Below the pieces are notes generated by a model. That model was given only the letters and a program-made list of their open reading frames with translations, was not told the DNA's origin and ran no database searches. Source: Candidatus Woesearchaeota archaeon (GTDB lineage: Archaea > Nanobdellota > Nanobdellia > SCGC-AAA011-G17 > VGLX01). From it: 64,000 nucleotides of DNA. The DNA lies in assembly GCA_964428965.1 (NCBI GenBank), contig CAYSAF010000003.1:7272-71271 (forward strand). Reading direction: 5' to 3'. A program made the translations under genes and the position numbers. Shown here piece after piece: positions 9,180 to 18,118 of this stretch (positions are counted from its first letter, which is position 1; every line of letters begins with the position of its first letter).

Positions 9180-11048
9180 CTAACCCCTTTCGTTGAAGAA
9201 ATCTTCTATGGCTGTTATGGGCATGCTTGTGGTTATCATCTCCCATTCTTTCGGGAAGCATGAGAGATATTTTTGCCACGCGTATCTTTCATCTACAAAT
9301 ATCCTTACTCCCTTGTCTTGCTTACTCCTTATGCATCTCCCCGCATTCTGTATCGCTTTTAGTATTGCTGGGTATATGTAACCGTATTCCCAGCCCTTTC
9401 CGAATTTCATGTCATAGTATTCTATGAGTTTCTTTGTTTCCAAGTCAGGTTTTGATAGGGGCAATCCTACAACTATCACCCCTTTTAGGTATTCTCCGGG
9501 AAGATCGATTCCCTCACCAAAGCTTCCAGATGAACATCCTAGTAGTGCTGCTCCACTGTCTTTGTACGATTTGAATTTTTCTAGTGTTTCTTGTCTTTCT
9601 TTCTTGTTCATTCCCGGTATTTCTGTGAGTGTTGTTTTTTCGCTGTATGTGTTGAAGTATTTGCTCACGTCTTCGAGCACCTGGTAGCTGGGGAAGAATA
9701 TAGCTACGTTTCCAGGCACAGCGTTCGATAGTTTTGCTGCTACTATTGCTATTTTGTTGTACATATCGCTATTTCTTTCAGTGAACCTTGTTGTTGTTTT
9801 AGGTATTATCAGGTTTAACCTGTTTTGTTTTGGGAATATGTCCTTGTACTCTTTTATTTCTGATTTTATTCCGAATAGGTCTTTGTACATAGTTGTGGGT
9901 GTTAGTGTTCCTGACATGACTACTATTTTTGTTTCTTCTGCTAATGGTTTCATTAGTATGCTCGGGTCCAGGCATCTGTACGATAATGTTATGTAGGGTT
10001 TTCCTTGTTTTGTGAAACCTTTTGTTATTATCCTTGCGAATCCTTCGTCTTGCCCCATCCATTGTTCCATGAACAGCGCTAGGTTGTGTGCTGAGCTTCT
10101 TTTTTTCATTTCTAGTATTTGTTCTGCTACGAAGTACAAGTTGCCATTCAACTTTTCGTATTCGTTTATTTTTGTTATTTCATCGTAGAATTCTTGTTTT
10201 TCTACTGTCGCTTCGTGTGTTTCTATCCTTGTTTTTTCTTTGATGAATTTTTCTAGTACCCCTCCTATTTTTTCCACTTGTCCTGCTAATTCGTATTGCT
10301 CAAGTGTTCTACATTCCTTTGCAGCACTGTCTATCCCCATGGTGGTTATTGTTGCTGTTAGAAGGTCTCTTATCCTGTTGGGTAGGTTGTGTCCCTCATC
10401 GAAGATTAGTGTTATTTCGTTCAGGTCTTTGTTCATCTTGCCCAACAGGCTGTTTCTGATTGACGGATTCAAGGCATGGTGGTAATCCCCTATTAGGACT
10501 TGTGCATTCAGCCCGAGCAAGCAGGATATTTCATACGGGCATAATTTTCTTTCTCCGGACATCTTGCACAGCTCTTCTACATGCAATGGGTTTTTATCTT
10601 CCAGTTCCTTCAATAAGAATTCTGTATCTACGGATGGTTTTCCTTTTTTCTTCACATTGTTGTAATAATCGCATATTCCCTTTTCTATCATGTCGCTGCA
10701 GTATTCCCCGAATTCATTTGAGGTTAATGCTTCCACCCCTTTCTGCTGGCACATCCATCTCTTTCCTATGAAGTCCACTGCAGTAAACTTCGTCTTGTAT
10801 TTTTCCTTAATCTTTCTCAAAGTTTCTATAGCTATTTTGTGTTGTGTGTGCATCGGTGTTATGAAGAACACTGTTTTCTTGTTTTTTATCGCATAGGCAA
10901 GTGCAGGTCCGAGTATGGTTGTCTTCCCCAGTCCGGTTGGCGCATGCATTATCATGTTTTTGTTTTCTTCTAGAAATTTGGCTACGTCTTTTATGAAGTC
11001 TTCCTGTACCTCTCTTATTTTTTCGTGTGGAAAAAGAAATTCTTCCAT
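9180..11048 (-). CDS. xpd: XPD/Rad3-family 5'-3' DNA helicase (Fe-S cluster helicase)
   Basis: It has a Walker A motif (HAPTGLGKT) and a DEAH-box (FDEGHN). A four-Cys Fe-S domain (C..C..C..C in WMCQQ...YCSD...ICDY...KLCPY) lies between them. Helicase motifs V and VI (GRCIRS) are present. Confidence 0.75.
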   Translation of the reverse strand: MEEFLFPHEKIREVQEDFIKDVAKFLEENKNMIMHAPTGLGKTTILGPALAYAIKNKKTVFFITPMHTQHKIAIETLRKIKEKYKTKFTAVDFIGKRWMCQQKGVEALTSNEFGEYCSDMIEKGICDYYNNVKKKGKPSVDTEFLLKELEDKNPLHVEELCKMSGERKLCPYEISCLLGLNAQVLIGDYHHALNPSIRNSLLGKMNKDLNEITLIFDEGHNLPNRIRDLLTATITTMGIDSAAKECRTLEQYELAGQVEKIGGVLEKFIKEKTRIETHEATVEKQEFYDEITKINEYEKLNGNLYFVAEQILEMKKRSSAHNLALFMEQWMGQDEGFARIITKGFTKQGKPYITLSYRCLDPSILMKPLAEETKIVVMSGTLTPTTMYKDLFGIKSEIKEYKDIFPKQNRLNLIIPKTTTRFTERNSDMYNKIAIVAAKLSNAVPGNVAIFFPSYQVLEDVSKYFNTYSEKTTLTEIPGMNKKERQETLEKFKSYKDSGAALLGCSSGSFGEGIDLPGEYLKGVIVVGLPLSKPDLETKKLIEYYDMKFGKGWEYGYIYPAILKAIQNAGRCIRSKQDKGVRIFVDERYAWQKYLSCFPKEWEMITTSMPITAIEDFFNERG

Positions 11049-11070
11049 GTTCCTCTTAATCTCAGTTAAT

Positions 11071-11080
11071 CTTATAAATA
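11071..11080 (+). promoter_or_regulatory. TATA-box-like element (CTTATAAATA) about 25 nt upstream of the 11101 start codon, suggesting a leaderless mRNA
   Basis: The motif reads TTATAAAT in the divergent intergenic region between xpd (minus) and the RNase P subunit candidate (plus). Confidence 0.35.
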
Positions 11081-11100
11081 CTTTTCCCTTGTTTGTTGGT

Positions 11101-11685
11101 ATGTTTTCGGATGTTGTTTTTTGTAAGGATTTTGGTAATCCAGGTTTTTCCAGGGTTTATCATGCTAACCTGATCGTTCCTAACAACGTTAAGGATTTGA
11201 GGAAGAAGGTTAACAAGGAGTTTGGCCTTGTTGTTGTTATGGGTTCTCAGCTTAATCGTGATGTTGTTTCAAACAGTAAGGTTGATATTTTGTTGAGCCC
11301 TCACTCCGGTGTTGTTCGTGATTATTTGCATTCCCGTAATTCAGGTCTGAACGATGTTCTATGTAAATTGGCTAGGAAGAGTAACGTTGCTGTTGGTTTT
11401 TCTTTTTGTGATGTTTTGAACGCTCACGGTGTTGAGCGTGCTCTGATAATTGGTAGGATGATGCAGAACGTTTCTCTCTGTCGTAAGTTTAAGGTTCCTA
11501 TGGTTTTGGGCAGTTTTGCTTTTGATAAGTTCGAGATGAAGCAGCCCAGGGAGCTTATCTCTTTCGCTTTGGTAATCGGTATGAATCCCGGTGAGGCTAA
11601 GAGTGCTCTCTCTTTGGTTGATCATTTAGTTAGCGATAAGCATCTTTCTCAAAGCATTGTTTCTGAAGGTGTTAGGGAGGTATAG
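11101..11685 (+). CDS. Candidate RNase P protein component 3 (Rpp30/Rnp3-like TIM-barrel)
   Basis: Its size of 194 aa and alternating beta/alpha pattern fit a TIM-barrel. The C-terminal blocks GFSFCDVL...ERALIIGRMMQN...PMVLGSFAFD resemble Rpp30. The ORF-track entry 10915..11685 carries an unlikely N-terminal extension that overlaps xpd. Confidence 0.35.
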   Translation: MFSDVVFCKDFGNPGFSRVYHANLIVPNNVKDLRKKVNKEFGLVVVMGSQLNRDVVSNSKVDILLSPHSGVVRDYLHSRNSGLNDVLCKLARKSNVAVGFSFCDVLNAHGVERALIIGRMMQNVSLCRKFKVPMVLGSFAFDKFEMKQPRELISFALVIGMNPGEAKSALSLVDHLVSDKHLSQSIVSEGVREV

Positions 11686-11722
11686 GAAAGTTTTATATAC
11701 ACTTTTTCCCTAATTTTTATCG

Positions 11723-14700
11723 ATGAAAAAGTGGTTTTTTTTACTAATTTTTATTGTTCTAGCCTATTCAAAGATTTGCTTCGCTCAGGGCAATTATTAT
11801 CTCCTGGAGTTCGCCGGTCCGGTGATGCCTGAATGGAAGTCTGAGTTGTCTGAAAGGGGTGTTGTTTTTTCTTCTTACATTCCTGATTATTCTTTCATAG
11901 TTACTTTCGATCCTGCTGTTAAGCAGGGTGTTGAGAGTTTAGATTTTGTTGCTTCCGTCTCTCCTTACAACCCCAAGGTTAAATTTGACCCTTCAATCTC
12001 TAGGAAGCTTTCTTCTTCCCCTTCAATCTCTAGGAAGCTTTCTTCTTCCAGTACTTACGATTTTTATGTTCTGATTCACGAAGGTTCTGACGTTAATGTT
12101 TTGCTTGATGAGTTTTCTAAACTTAATGTTAAAGTCTCTTCAGTTTCTGAGAATCGTTTGAAAGTGTCTGCTAAGTATTCTCAGCTTGATTCCATAGCCG
12201 GTTTTGATTTTGTTTCTTGGGTTGAGGAGGCTCCTCGTTACGTTGTAGTTAACGATATCGCTTCCGGTATAATTTCTGCTAATTTTACTTGGAACAGTTA
12301 TGGTTTGTCCGGTGTTAATCAGAGTGTTGCAATTTCCGACTCTGGCCTTGATACAGGTTCCAACGATAACTTAAGTGAGGATTTTAGGGGTAAGGTTGTT
12401 ATTGTCAATCTGTATGGTGCCTCTGCTGATGATGTGAGTGGTCACGGTACTCATACTGCTGGTTCGCTTGCCGGTTCTGCTAACAATTCTTTTGGTCAGT
12501 TTAAGGGTATTGTATATAATGCTGAAATATTTTTTCAAGCCATCGGTGACGATGCCGGTTCTACTGCTGTTTATCCGCCTACTAACTTGAGTGATTTGTT
12601 TATCCAGGCTTATGAGAACGGTTCCAGAGTTCATAGTAACAGTTGGGGTAGTGATAGTGGTTTTGGTAATTATGTTACTGACTCCCAGACCGTTGACGAT
12701 TTCATGTGGAACTACACTGATTTCCTGGTTGTTTTTGCCGCTGGCAATAAGGGTTCTGCTGTTAACACAGTTGAGTTTCCCTCCACTGCAAAGAATTGTT
12801 TAAGCGTCGGTGCTAGTGAGAACAACAGGACCGATCGTGGTAGCAGCTCTGATAACATAAATGAGGTTGCTTCTTTCAGTTCACATGGTCCTGCTGATGA
12901 TGGTAGGGTTAAGCCTGATTTGGTTGCTCCCGGTACTTCCATCGTTTCTGCTAAGTCTTCTCTTGGTGTTACGAGTTGTACTTCTTCTTATGAAAGCAAC
13001 GGTAACTATTCGTACTGTCAGGGCACTTCGATGGCCACCCCATTAGCTGCTGGTGCCGCTGCCCTGGTCAGGGAGCATTATCTTAACCTTAACGTTAATC
13101 CCTCTGCTGCTTTGCTTAAAGCCACCCTTATTAACGGTGCCATGGACTTAGGTTATGGAATTCCAAGTAATGAGACTGGTTGGGGCCGTATCAACCTTTC
13201 AGAATCGCTTCACCCTGCTAAGCCCAGGGTAGTTAATTACACCGACTATTCTTCTGGTTTGTCTACAGGCGAGTCAATTTCTTACAACTTTACTGTGTAC
13301 AACGAGTCTTCTCCTGTTAAGGTCACCGTTGTCTGGACTGACTATCCTGGTAGTCCCTCTGCTGCCAAGGCCCTTGTTAACGACTTGAATCTCGTTGTCA
13401 CATCTTGTGACGGTTCTGTTTTCAACGGCAATGATTATGTCAAGCCTTTTTATGATCAGGTTGATGATACTAATAACGTTGAGCAGGTTAACATATCTAA
13501 CGTCAGCATGGGCTCTTACCTTGTTAACGTTTCTGCTTTTAACGTTCCTAACGGCCCTCAGCCCTTTGCTTTGGTTGTTTCTGGTCCTGTTACTTCTTTC
13601 ATTAATCTGCTTACAGGAGACAACTCTGCTTTTAACTCGATGGGTGTTTTCCTTAACTTTTCTGTTGATGATTCTTATAACGAGAGTAATTGCTCTCTTT
13701 TCTTGAACGATGAGTTTAATCAGAGCTTGGTCATGGCTGGTGCTGAGTCTTTCTTTGAACTTAACCTTTCTGACGGTTCTTACAACTGGTCTGTCCAGTG
13801 TTTCGAAGGAACGTTTAACGCTGCTAGCGATGTCCTGTTTTTCGTTGTGGATTCTTCACCAAGCATAATTGTAACGAGTCCTGAGAACCTGACTTATCCT
13901 TCATCCAGTGTTGATTTGAATTTTTCTGTTGATAGCTTTGACAGTTGTTGGTACAACCTAGGTTCAGGTAACATTTCACTTGTCTCTTGCGCTAACACCA
14001 CCCTTGCTTTGGCTGAGTCTTCTTACCTTATTTATGTTTACGCTAACAACACTAACGGTTTGGAGAATTTTTCTTCAGTTGCTTTCAGAGTTGACATAAC
14101 CTATCCAGAAATATCTTTAGTCTCTCCTTCTGACAGCTCTTCTTGGACCTCTTCCAACTCAGTTGATTTCTCATTTAACGTTTCAGATTCAGAGATCGAT
14201 AGTTGCAACTTGTTTGTTGACAATGTTGTTGTGCTTACTAACGACTCTGCTGATGTGGGTCAGCAGTATCTTACTTACACTTTGTCTAACGGTGTTTACA
14301 ACTGGAGCGTTTCCTGTTCTGATTCGGCAGGAAATCTTAACTCCTCACCTTCTTATTCCCTGACTGTTAGCTATGCCCCTACTCAGTCTGCTTCTCCCGG
14401 TGGGGGTGGCGGAGGCGGTGGAGGGGGTGGTAGCAGGGTTGTTGCTTGTGAAGAGTCTTGGAGTTGTTCGTCCTGGTCTGGTTGTGTTAGCAACTCTCAG
14501 GCAAGAGATTGTGTTGATTTGAACGATTGCGGCACCTCTAATAAGAAGCCCATAACCTACCAGGTTTGTGTTTCTGAGCCTTCAGGTTATGTTGTTGAGC
14601 AGAACAAGATCCAAGAGCTTTCCGGTGCTACTGTAGCCGAGAAGCCTAAAACCATTCAGAGTTCTTTCAGACTCCCTGACTATCAGCTCAACAAGCTGTA

Positions 14701-14779
14701 TTTCTTCGGTCCCCTTGCACTTATTCTCTTTATCATTCTTACATACATAATTTACAAAAACTTCTTGTTGAAGAAGTAG
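11723..14779 (+). CDS. Subtilisin-like serine protease (peptidase S8), secreted and C-terminally membrane-anchored
   Basis: It has a signal peptide and the catalytic D/H/S blocks (AISDSGLDTG, GHGTHTAG, GTSMATPLAAG). The C-terminus carries a Gly11 linker, a Cys-rich module (CEESWSCSSWSGC...C..C) and a TM helix. Confidence 0.8.
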   Translation: MKKWFFLLIFIVLAYSKICFAQGNYYLLEFAGPVMPEWKSELSERGVVFSSYIPDYSFIVTFDPAVKQGVESLDFVASVSPYNPKVKFDPSISRKLSSSPSISRKLSSSSTYDFYVLIHEGSDVNVLLDEFSKLNVKVSSVSENRLKVSAKYSQLDSIAGFDFVSWVEEAPRYVVVNDIASGIISANFTWNSYGLSGVNQSVAISDSGLDTGSNDNLSEDFRGKVVIVNLYGASADDVSGHGTHTAGSLAGSANNSFGQFKGIVYNAEIFFQAIGDDAGSTAVYPPTNLSDLFIQAYENGSRVHSNSWGSDSGFGNYVTDSQTVDDFMWNYTDFLVVFAAGNKGSAVNTVEFPSTAKNCLSVGASENNRTDRGSSSDNINEVASFSSHGPADDGRVKPDLVAPGTSIVSAKSSLGVTSCTSSYESNGNYSYCQGTSMATPLAAGAAALVREHYLNLNVNPSAALLKATLINGAMDLGYGIPSNETGWGRINLSESLHPAKPRVVNYTDYSSGLSTGESISYNFTVYNESSPVKVTVVWTDYPGSPSAAKALVNDLNLVVTSCDGSVFNGNDYVKPFYDQVDDTNNVEQVNISNVSMGSYLVNVSAFNVPNGPQPFALVVSGPVTSFINLLTGDNSAFNSMGVFLNFSVDDSYNESNCSLFLNDEFNQSLVMAGAESFFELNLSDGSYNWSVQCFEGTFNAASDVLFFVVDSSPSIIVTSPENLTYPSSSVDLNFSVDSFDSCWYNLGSGNISLVSCANTTLALAESSYLIYVYANNTNGLENFSSVAFRVDITYPEISLVSPSDSSSWTSSNSVDFSFNVSDSEIDSCNLFVDNVVVLTNDSADVGQQYLTYTLSNGVYNWSVSCSDSAGNLNSSPSYSLTVSYAPTQSASPGGGGGGGGGGGSRVVACEESWSCSSWSGCVSNSQARDCVDLNDCGTSNKKPITYQVCVSEPSGYVVEQNKIQELSGATVAEKPKTIQSSFRLPDYQLNKLYFFGPLALILFIILTYIIYKNFLLKK
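11990..12049 (+). repeat. In-frame 30-nt tandem duplication (x2) inside the subtilase propeptide region
   Basis: CCTTCAATCTCTAGGAAGCTTTCTTCTTCC is repeated exactly and encodes PSISRKLSSS twice. Confidence 0.8.
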
Positions 14780-14793
14780 TTGTAGCGTTTAGA

Positions 14794-14802
14794 GGGTGAA
14801 GG
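14794..14802. repeat. Left copy of the 9-bp target-site duplication GGGTGAAGG
   Basis: The same 9-mer occurs at 19718..19726, immediately outside the inverted terminal repeats. Confidence 0.55.
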
Positions 14803-15300
14803 AGCTTTGCCTGATAAGTGACCCCTACCCGAAAAGAAGATAGTATGCCCGAAAAGTCAAAAGGGGGTAGATTTACAAAGTTTTATTAAGGAATACTGCC
14901 TTATACGAGTGTCTTAGCCCACTAAATGGTGGGTGGGGGATATAGGGTTTGTTTTTTGAACCCCCTCAACAGTCTTAACCCTTAAAAAAAATCTTATCGA
15001 GCAAACCCTTAAAAAACTTCTTAAGCTCATTCTTACTTAGGGGGTTGTGATGAGAACACCAAAAAACTCTGTATCCCTTAAAAAAGAACAATACAAGGGA
15101 GGTGGGGTTGCTATGATTCGGGTGGATGATTATACAGTCTTGTTAATCATAATCTTGGTCGTAGTTGTCTATATAACAACACACTCTATGTAAAAATAGA
15201 TGTGGTTGTTATTAGAAAAACTATTTTTCTTTTTTTATTTTCAATTTTAGTTGCAGTCTTTACGGATTTTAAGGGCAAAAGCATTTTAAGGAGATAGTTT

Positions 15301-15495
15301 TTGAATGTTTTTATGGGATGTGAAGAGATTGTTAGGTCTTTGTTTGTTAAAATGCTTGATAAGAACAATTTTGATTATGAAAAGACTATAGGGGTGTTTG
15401 TTGATGTTCTGAATGAGGTTGTTATGCGTAAGAATTATCTTGAAGAAAAGGCAGGTTTTAAGATAGAAAGGGTGGTTATTCTGGGGAAGAGTTAA
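15301..15495 (+). CDS. Small hypothetical protein (64 aa) inside the transposon
   Basis: The ORF is convergent with the RM gene and overlaps it by 4 nt. It has no recognisable family. Confidence 0.2.
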   Translation: MNVFMGCEEIVRSLFVKMLDKNNFDYEKTIGVFVDVLNEVVMRKNYLEEKAGFKIERVVILGKS

Positions 15496-18116
15496 GTAAC
15501 TAAGTTGCCAAACTCTTCTTTTAATGAACTTATTTTATTTACAGCTTCCCACTTGCTTTCAAAAGCTTCTCTTATCTTTTTCTTTATTTTCTCTCTTTCG
15601 TTCTTGTCTTTTGCAATCGGAAGGTAAAGTTCTTCCCATCTTCTTGCTATGTTAGGTAAGGTGGTATCAATTAGGACTTTGTTATAGAGTTGTTTTTGGG
15701 TTAATTCATGCGAAAATAGGTATAATAAATAGAAGGGGTCTATTCCATATTCATTCTCTTCATTTACTACCCTAAAGACATGGATTTCCCTTGTTAAAAG
15801 AACTTCTGTGTCAGATTTGGAAACCATAGCTACACTACCTATCCTATAACTACCTCTCCTAACGAAAAGAACATCTTTCTCTTTTAAGTCTCTGTTATTC
15901 CCTTTTATTTGTTTGTAGATTGTTTCTGGAATTAGGGATGTTGGGTTTTTGTAAATCTCCCAATTTACAATATCTGCAACACGAACATAAGGCACATCCC
16001 CCTTTCCTTTGTATTTCCCTGCTGGTGAGCCATGCCCACTAAACTCTTTTATAATCCCCTTATTAATTAACTCTTTTACCTGAACAAAGTTTAAGTTTTG
16101 ATTTTCAGCCTCTCTCTTTAATTTTTCAATTCTCTTATTCCAATAGTATCTCGGGACAAAAACATTATTCTTTATGTCTTTCATATCCACAACAAATGTG
16201 TTCTTATTCTTTGGGTCTGCTGGATTATCTAATTCTTTTCTGATTATTTCAGTATCGTCCCATATTTCTTCTGTAAATTTATGGTTAGCTTCATCGTATC
16301 TATAAACTGGTTTCCCATTATGGTCATGCCCTATTTCCTCAGCTACACCCATAATAATTTTATCTTGTTGTTGGATGCCTTTTTCTAAAATTAATAAAAG
16401 AGTTTTTGCATTATTATGAGGTCTAAATGTATTATGGGCAAGGTCAATAATCACAATTATATTGTTATTTTTTCTTATATAATTTAAAACATATCTTGAG
16501 TTTGGAGCATGAAAATACGTTTCTGGAAGAACTATTGCTAATTTACCCCCTTCTTTTAACATATCAAAACATCTTTCAATAAAAAGAACTTGTGGTTCTG
16601 TGTCCCTGTATTCTTCAGTTTTTACCCATTTGTCTTCTTCTTTTTTCCATATATGCCCTAAATCAAAATTTTTTGCTTCCTCTGCTAAAACTTTGTGCTT
16701 TTTACCAAAAGGGGGGTTAGTTAAGATTATATCAAATTTCTTGAATTTTCCTTTTTCGATAAAAATATCCTTTGCTCTTTTTTCAAATTCCTTTGGTGAA
16801 TGTAGGCTATTCTGTTGAACAATACCTCCTCTCCCATCTCCAACAATTGCCATATATGCCTTAGCTATTTTTACTAAATCTATTTCTTTGTCTATACCAA
16901 AAAAATATTTTTCAGCAATTTCTTTTTTTATTATGTCTAAATCTTTTATTCCACTGTATCTCTTATCAGTATCCATAATATTCCAAATGTTTTCAAGAGC
17001 ATAAATTAAAAAACCACCACTCCCACAGGCAGGGTCTAATATTGTTTCTTTTGGTTGGGGGTTAATTATTTTAATTGCTGTTTTAACTACTTCTCTGGGG
17101 GTAAAAAATTCTCCTTTTTCTCCAACTAACTTACTTTCTGCAAATACCTCAAAAGCATCTCCAATAACATCTTTATATAACCTTGCTGTTTCAGAAAAAC
17201 TAAAAGGTTCTAATTCACCAACAACATAAGCTACAGATTTCGCTTCTAATTTAATCTCTTCTTCATTATCAAAAACTCCATCACTAACTAATTCATCTTT
17301 AACTTCTTGAAATAATCCTTCAATTCTTTCTTTAACTACCTCTGGGTTTTCATTAAAACCAATTCTAAATTCTGGTAATGCTTTTGGGTTATATCTTTCA
17401 TCCCAAATTTTACAAAAAATAAGTCTTATCATTTCGTTACCAAGTTTTTCTCTTCTACTAATGTTGGTATTGGAATAAAGAGTATTTAGTAATCTTGTAA
17501 AAATTAGTTTAAGATTTTTAGACGGTTTTAATTTATCTTTTGATATTCTCCCTATTTCTTCCCAAGTTTCTCCTCTTTTTGGTATTTGATAAACAAAATT
17601 TCTTTTTATTCCCCCTGATTTTTGGTCTCGGTAAATATACTCTATTTCTTTGCCATTTGTCCATACCCCCCAAGAACATGAAGTCGCAGTCATGTAAGTC
17701 ATTAATTGCTTTACCCCCTCTTTTCTTGTAGGTCTTTTAGTTTCAACTATACCAAGAATATCTTCATTTTGTTCCTTTTTATTTTTGTCTCCTGTTTTGT
17801 AAATAATAATATCAGCAAAATCGGTTTCTCCTTTCTGTTTTTTTGTCCCTCTTCTTATTGGAACATTAATCTCCATAAGAGAATAGTGATAGTCATAATC
17901 TTCATAAAGGACTTTTTCATAATCTTGTCTAACCTTTTCTTCAGGAGTATCACGAACTTGTTTACCTGTTGCTTTATCTATAATATAACCCTCTTTTAGT
18001 GTGGTAACTTCTTTTGGCATATGTTTGCTATGTTTTTGTCCTTTAAGAACTTTTCGAAAGATATTTTCACGCTTTAGAGCCACTCTAAAGTGAGAACGGT
18101 TCTGTTTTTTTAACAT
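15492..18116 (-). CDS. Single-chain Type IIG/IIL restriction-modification enzyme (PD-ExK nuclease + gamma-class N6-adenine MTase + HsdS-like TRD)
   Basis: The N-terminus has a PD-(D/E)xK-like motif (FADIIIY...IVETKRP). The centre has MTase motif I (ILDPACGSGGFL) and motif IV (ILTNPPFGKK). The C-terminal 300 aa resemble an HsdS target-recognition domain (VPRYYWN, GDVPYVRVADI, DVLFVRRGS). The likely start is MLKKQN at 18116, 2 nt after the transposase stop; the longer ORF-track call extends into the transposase gene. Confidence 0.7.
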   Translation of the reverse strand: MLKKQNRSHFRVALKRENIFRKVLKGQKHSKHMPKEVTTLKEGYIIDKATGKQVRDTPEEKVRQDYEKVLYEDYDYHYSLMEINVPIRRGTKKQKGETDFADIIIYKTGDKNKKEQNEDILGIVETKRPTRKEGVKQLMTYMTATSCSWGVWTNGKEIEYIYRDQKSGGIKRNFVYQIPKRGETWEEIGRISKDKLKPSKNLKLIFTRLLNTLYSNTNISRREKLGNEMIRLIFCKIWDERYNPKALPEFRIGFNENPEVVKERIEGLFQEVKDELVSDGVFDNEEEIKLEAKSVAYVVGELEPFSFSETARLYKDVIGDAFEVFAESKLVGEKGEFFTPREVVKTAIKIINPQPKETILDPACGSGGFLIYALENIWNIMDTDKRYSGIKDLDIIKKEIAEKYFFGIDKEIDLVKIAKAYMAIVGDGRGGIVQQNSLHSPKEFEKRAKDIFIEKGKFKKFDIILTNPPFGKKHKVLAEEAKNFDLGHIWKKEEDKWVKTEEYRDTEPQVLFIERCFDMLKEGGKLAIVLPETYFHAPNSRYVLNYIRKNNNIIVIIDLAHNTFRPHNNAKTLLLILEKGIQQQDKIIMGVAEEIGHDHNGKPVYRYDEANHKFTEEIWDDTEIIRKELDNPADPKNKNTFVVDMKDIKNNVFVPRYYWNKRIEKLKREAENQNLNFVQVKELINKGIIKEFSGHGSPAGKYKGKGDVPYVRVADIVNWEIYKNPTSLIPETIYKQIKGNNRDLKEKDVLFVRRGSYRIGSVAMVSKSDTEVLLTREIHVFRVVNEENEYGIDPFYLLYLFSHELTQKQLYNKVLIDTTLPNIARRWEELYLPIAKDKNEREKIKKKIREAFESKWEAVNKISSLKEEFGNLVT

Positions 18117-18118
18117 TT

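Noticed and set aside
10915-11100. Long N-terminal extension of the 10915..11685 ORF, overlapping the xpd 5' end on the other strand
   Set aside because: The extension is hydrophobic and low-complexity (MVVFPSPVGACIIMFLF...) and is antisense to xpd coding sequence. A TATA box lies at 11071. The internal Met at 11101 gives a sensible start.
14399-14434. Poly-G run encoding an 11-Gly stretch in the subtilase
   Set aside because: It is in frame and forms a flexible linker between the protease/ectodomain and the Cys-rich stalk. It is not a separate feature, nor a G-quadruplex candidate of note.
15040-15140. Possible C/D-box sRNA (GTGATGA ... TATGATT/GGATGATT) inside the transposon non-coding region
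   Set aside because: No CTGA D or D' boxes sit at the expected spacing, and no terminal stem is present. The motif matches are too degenerate.
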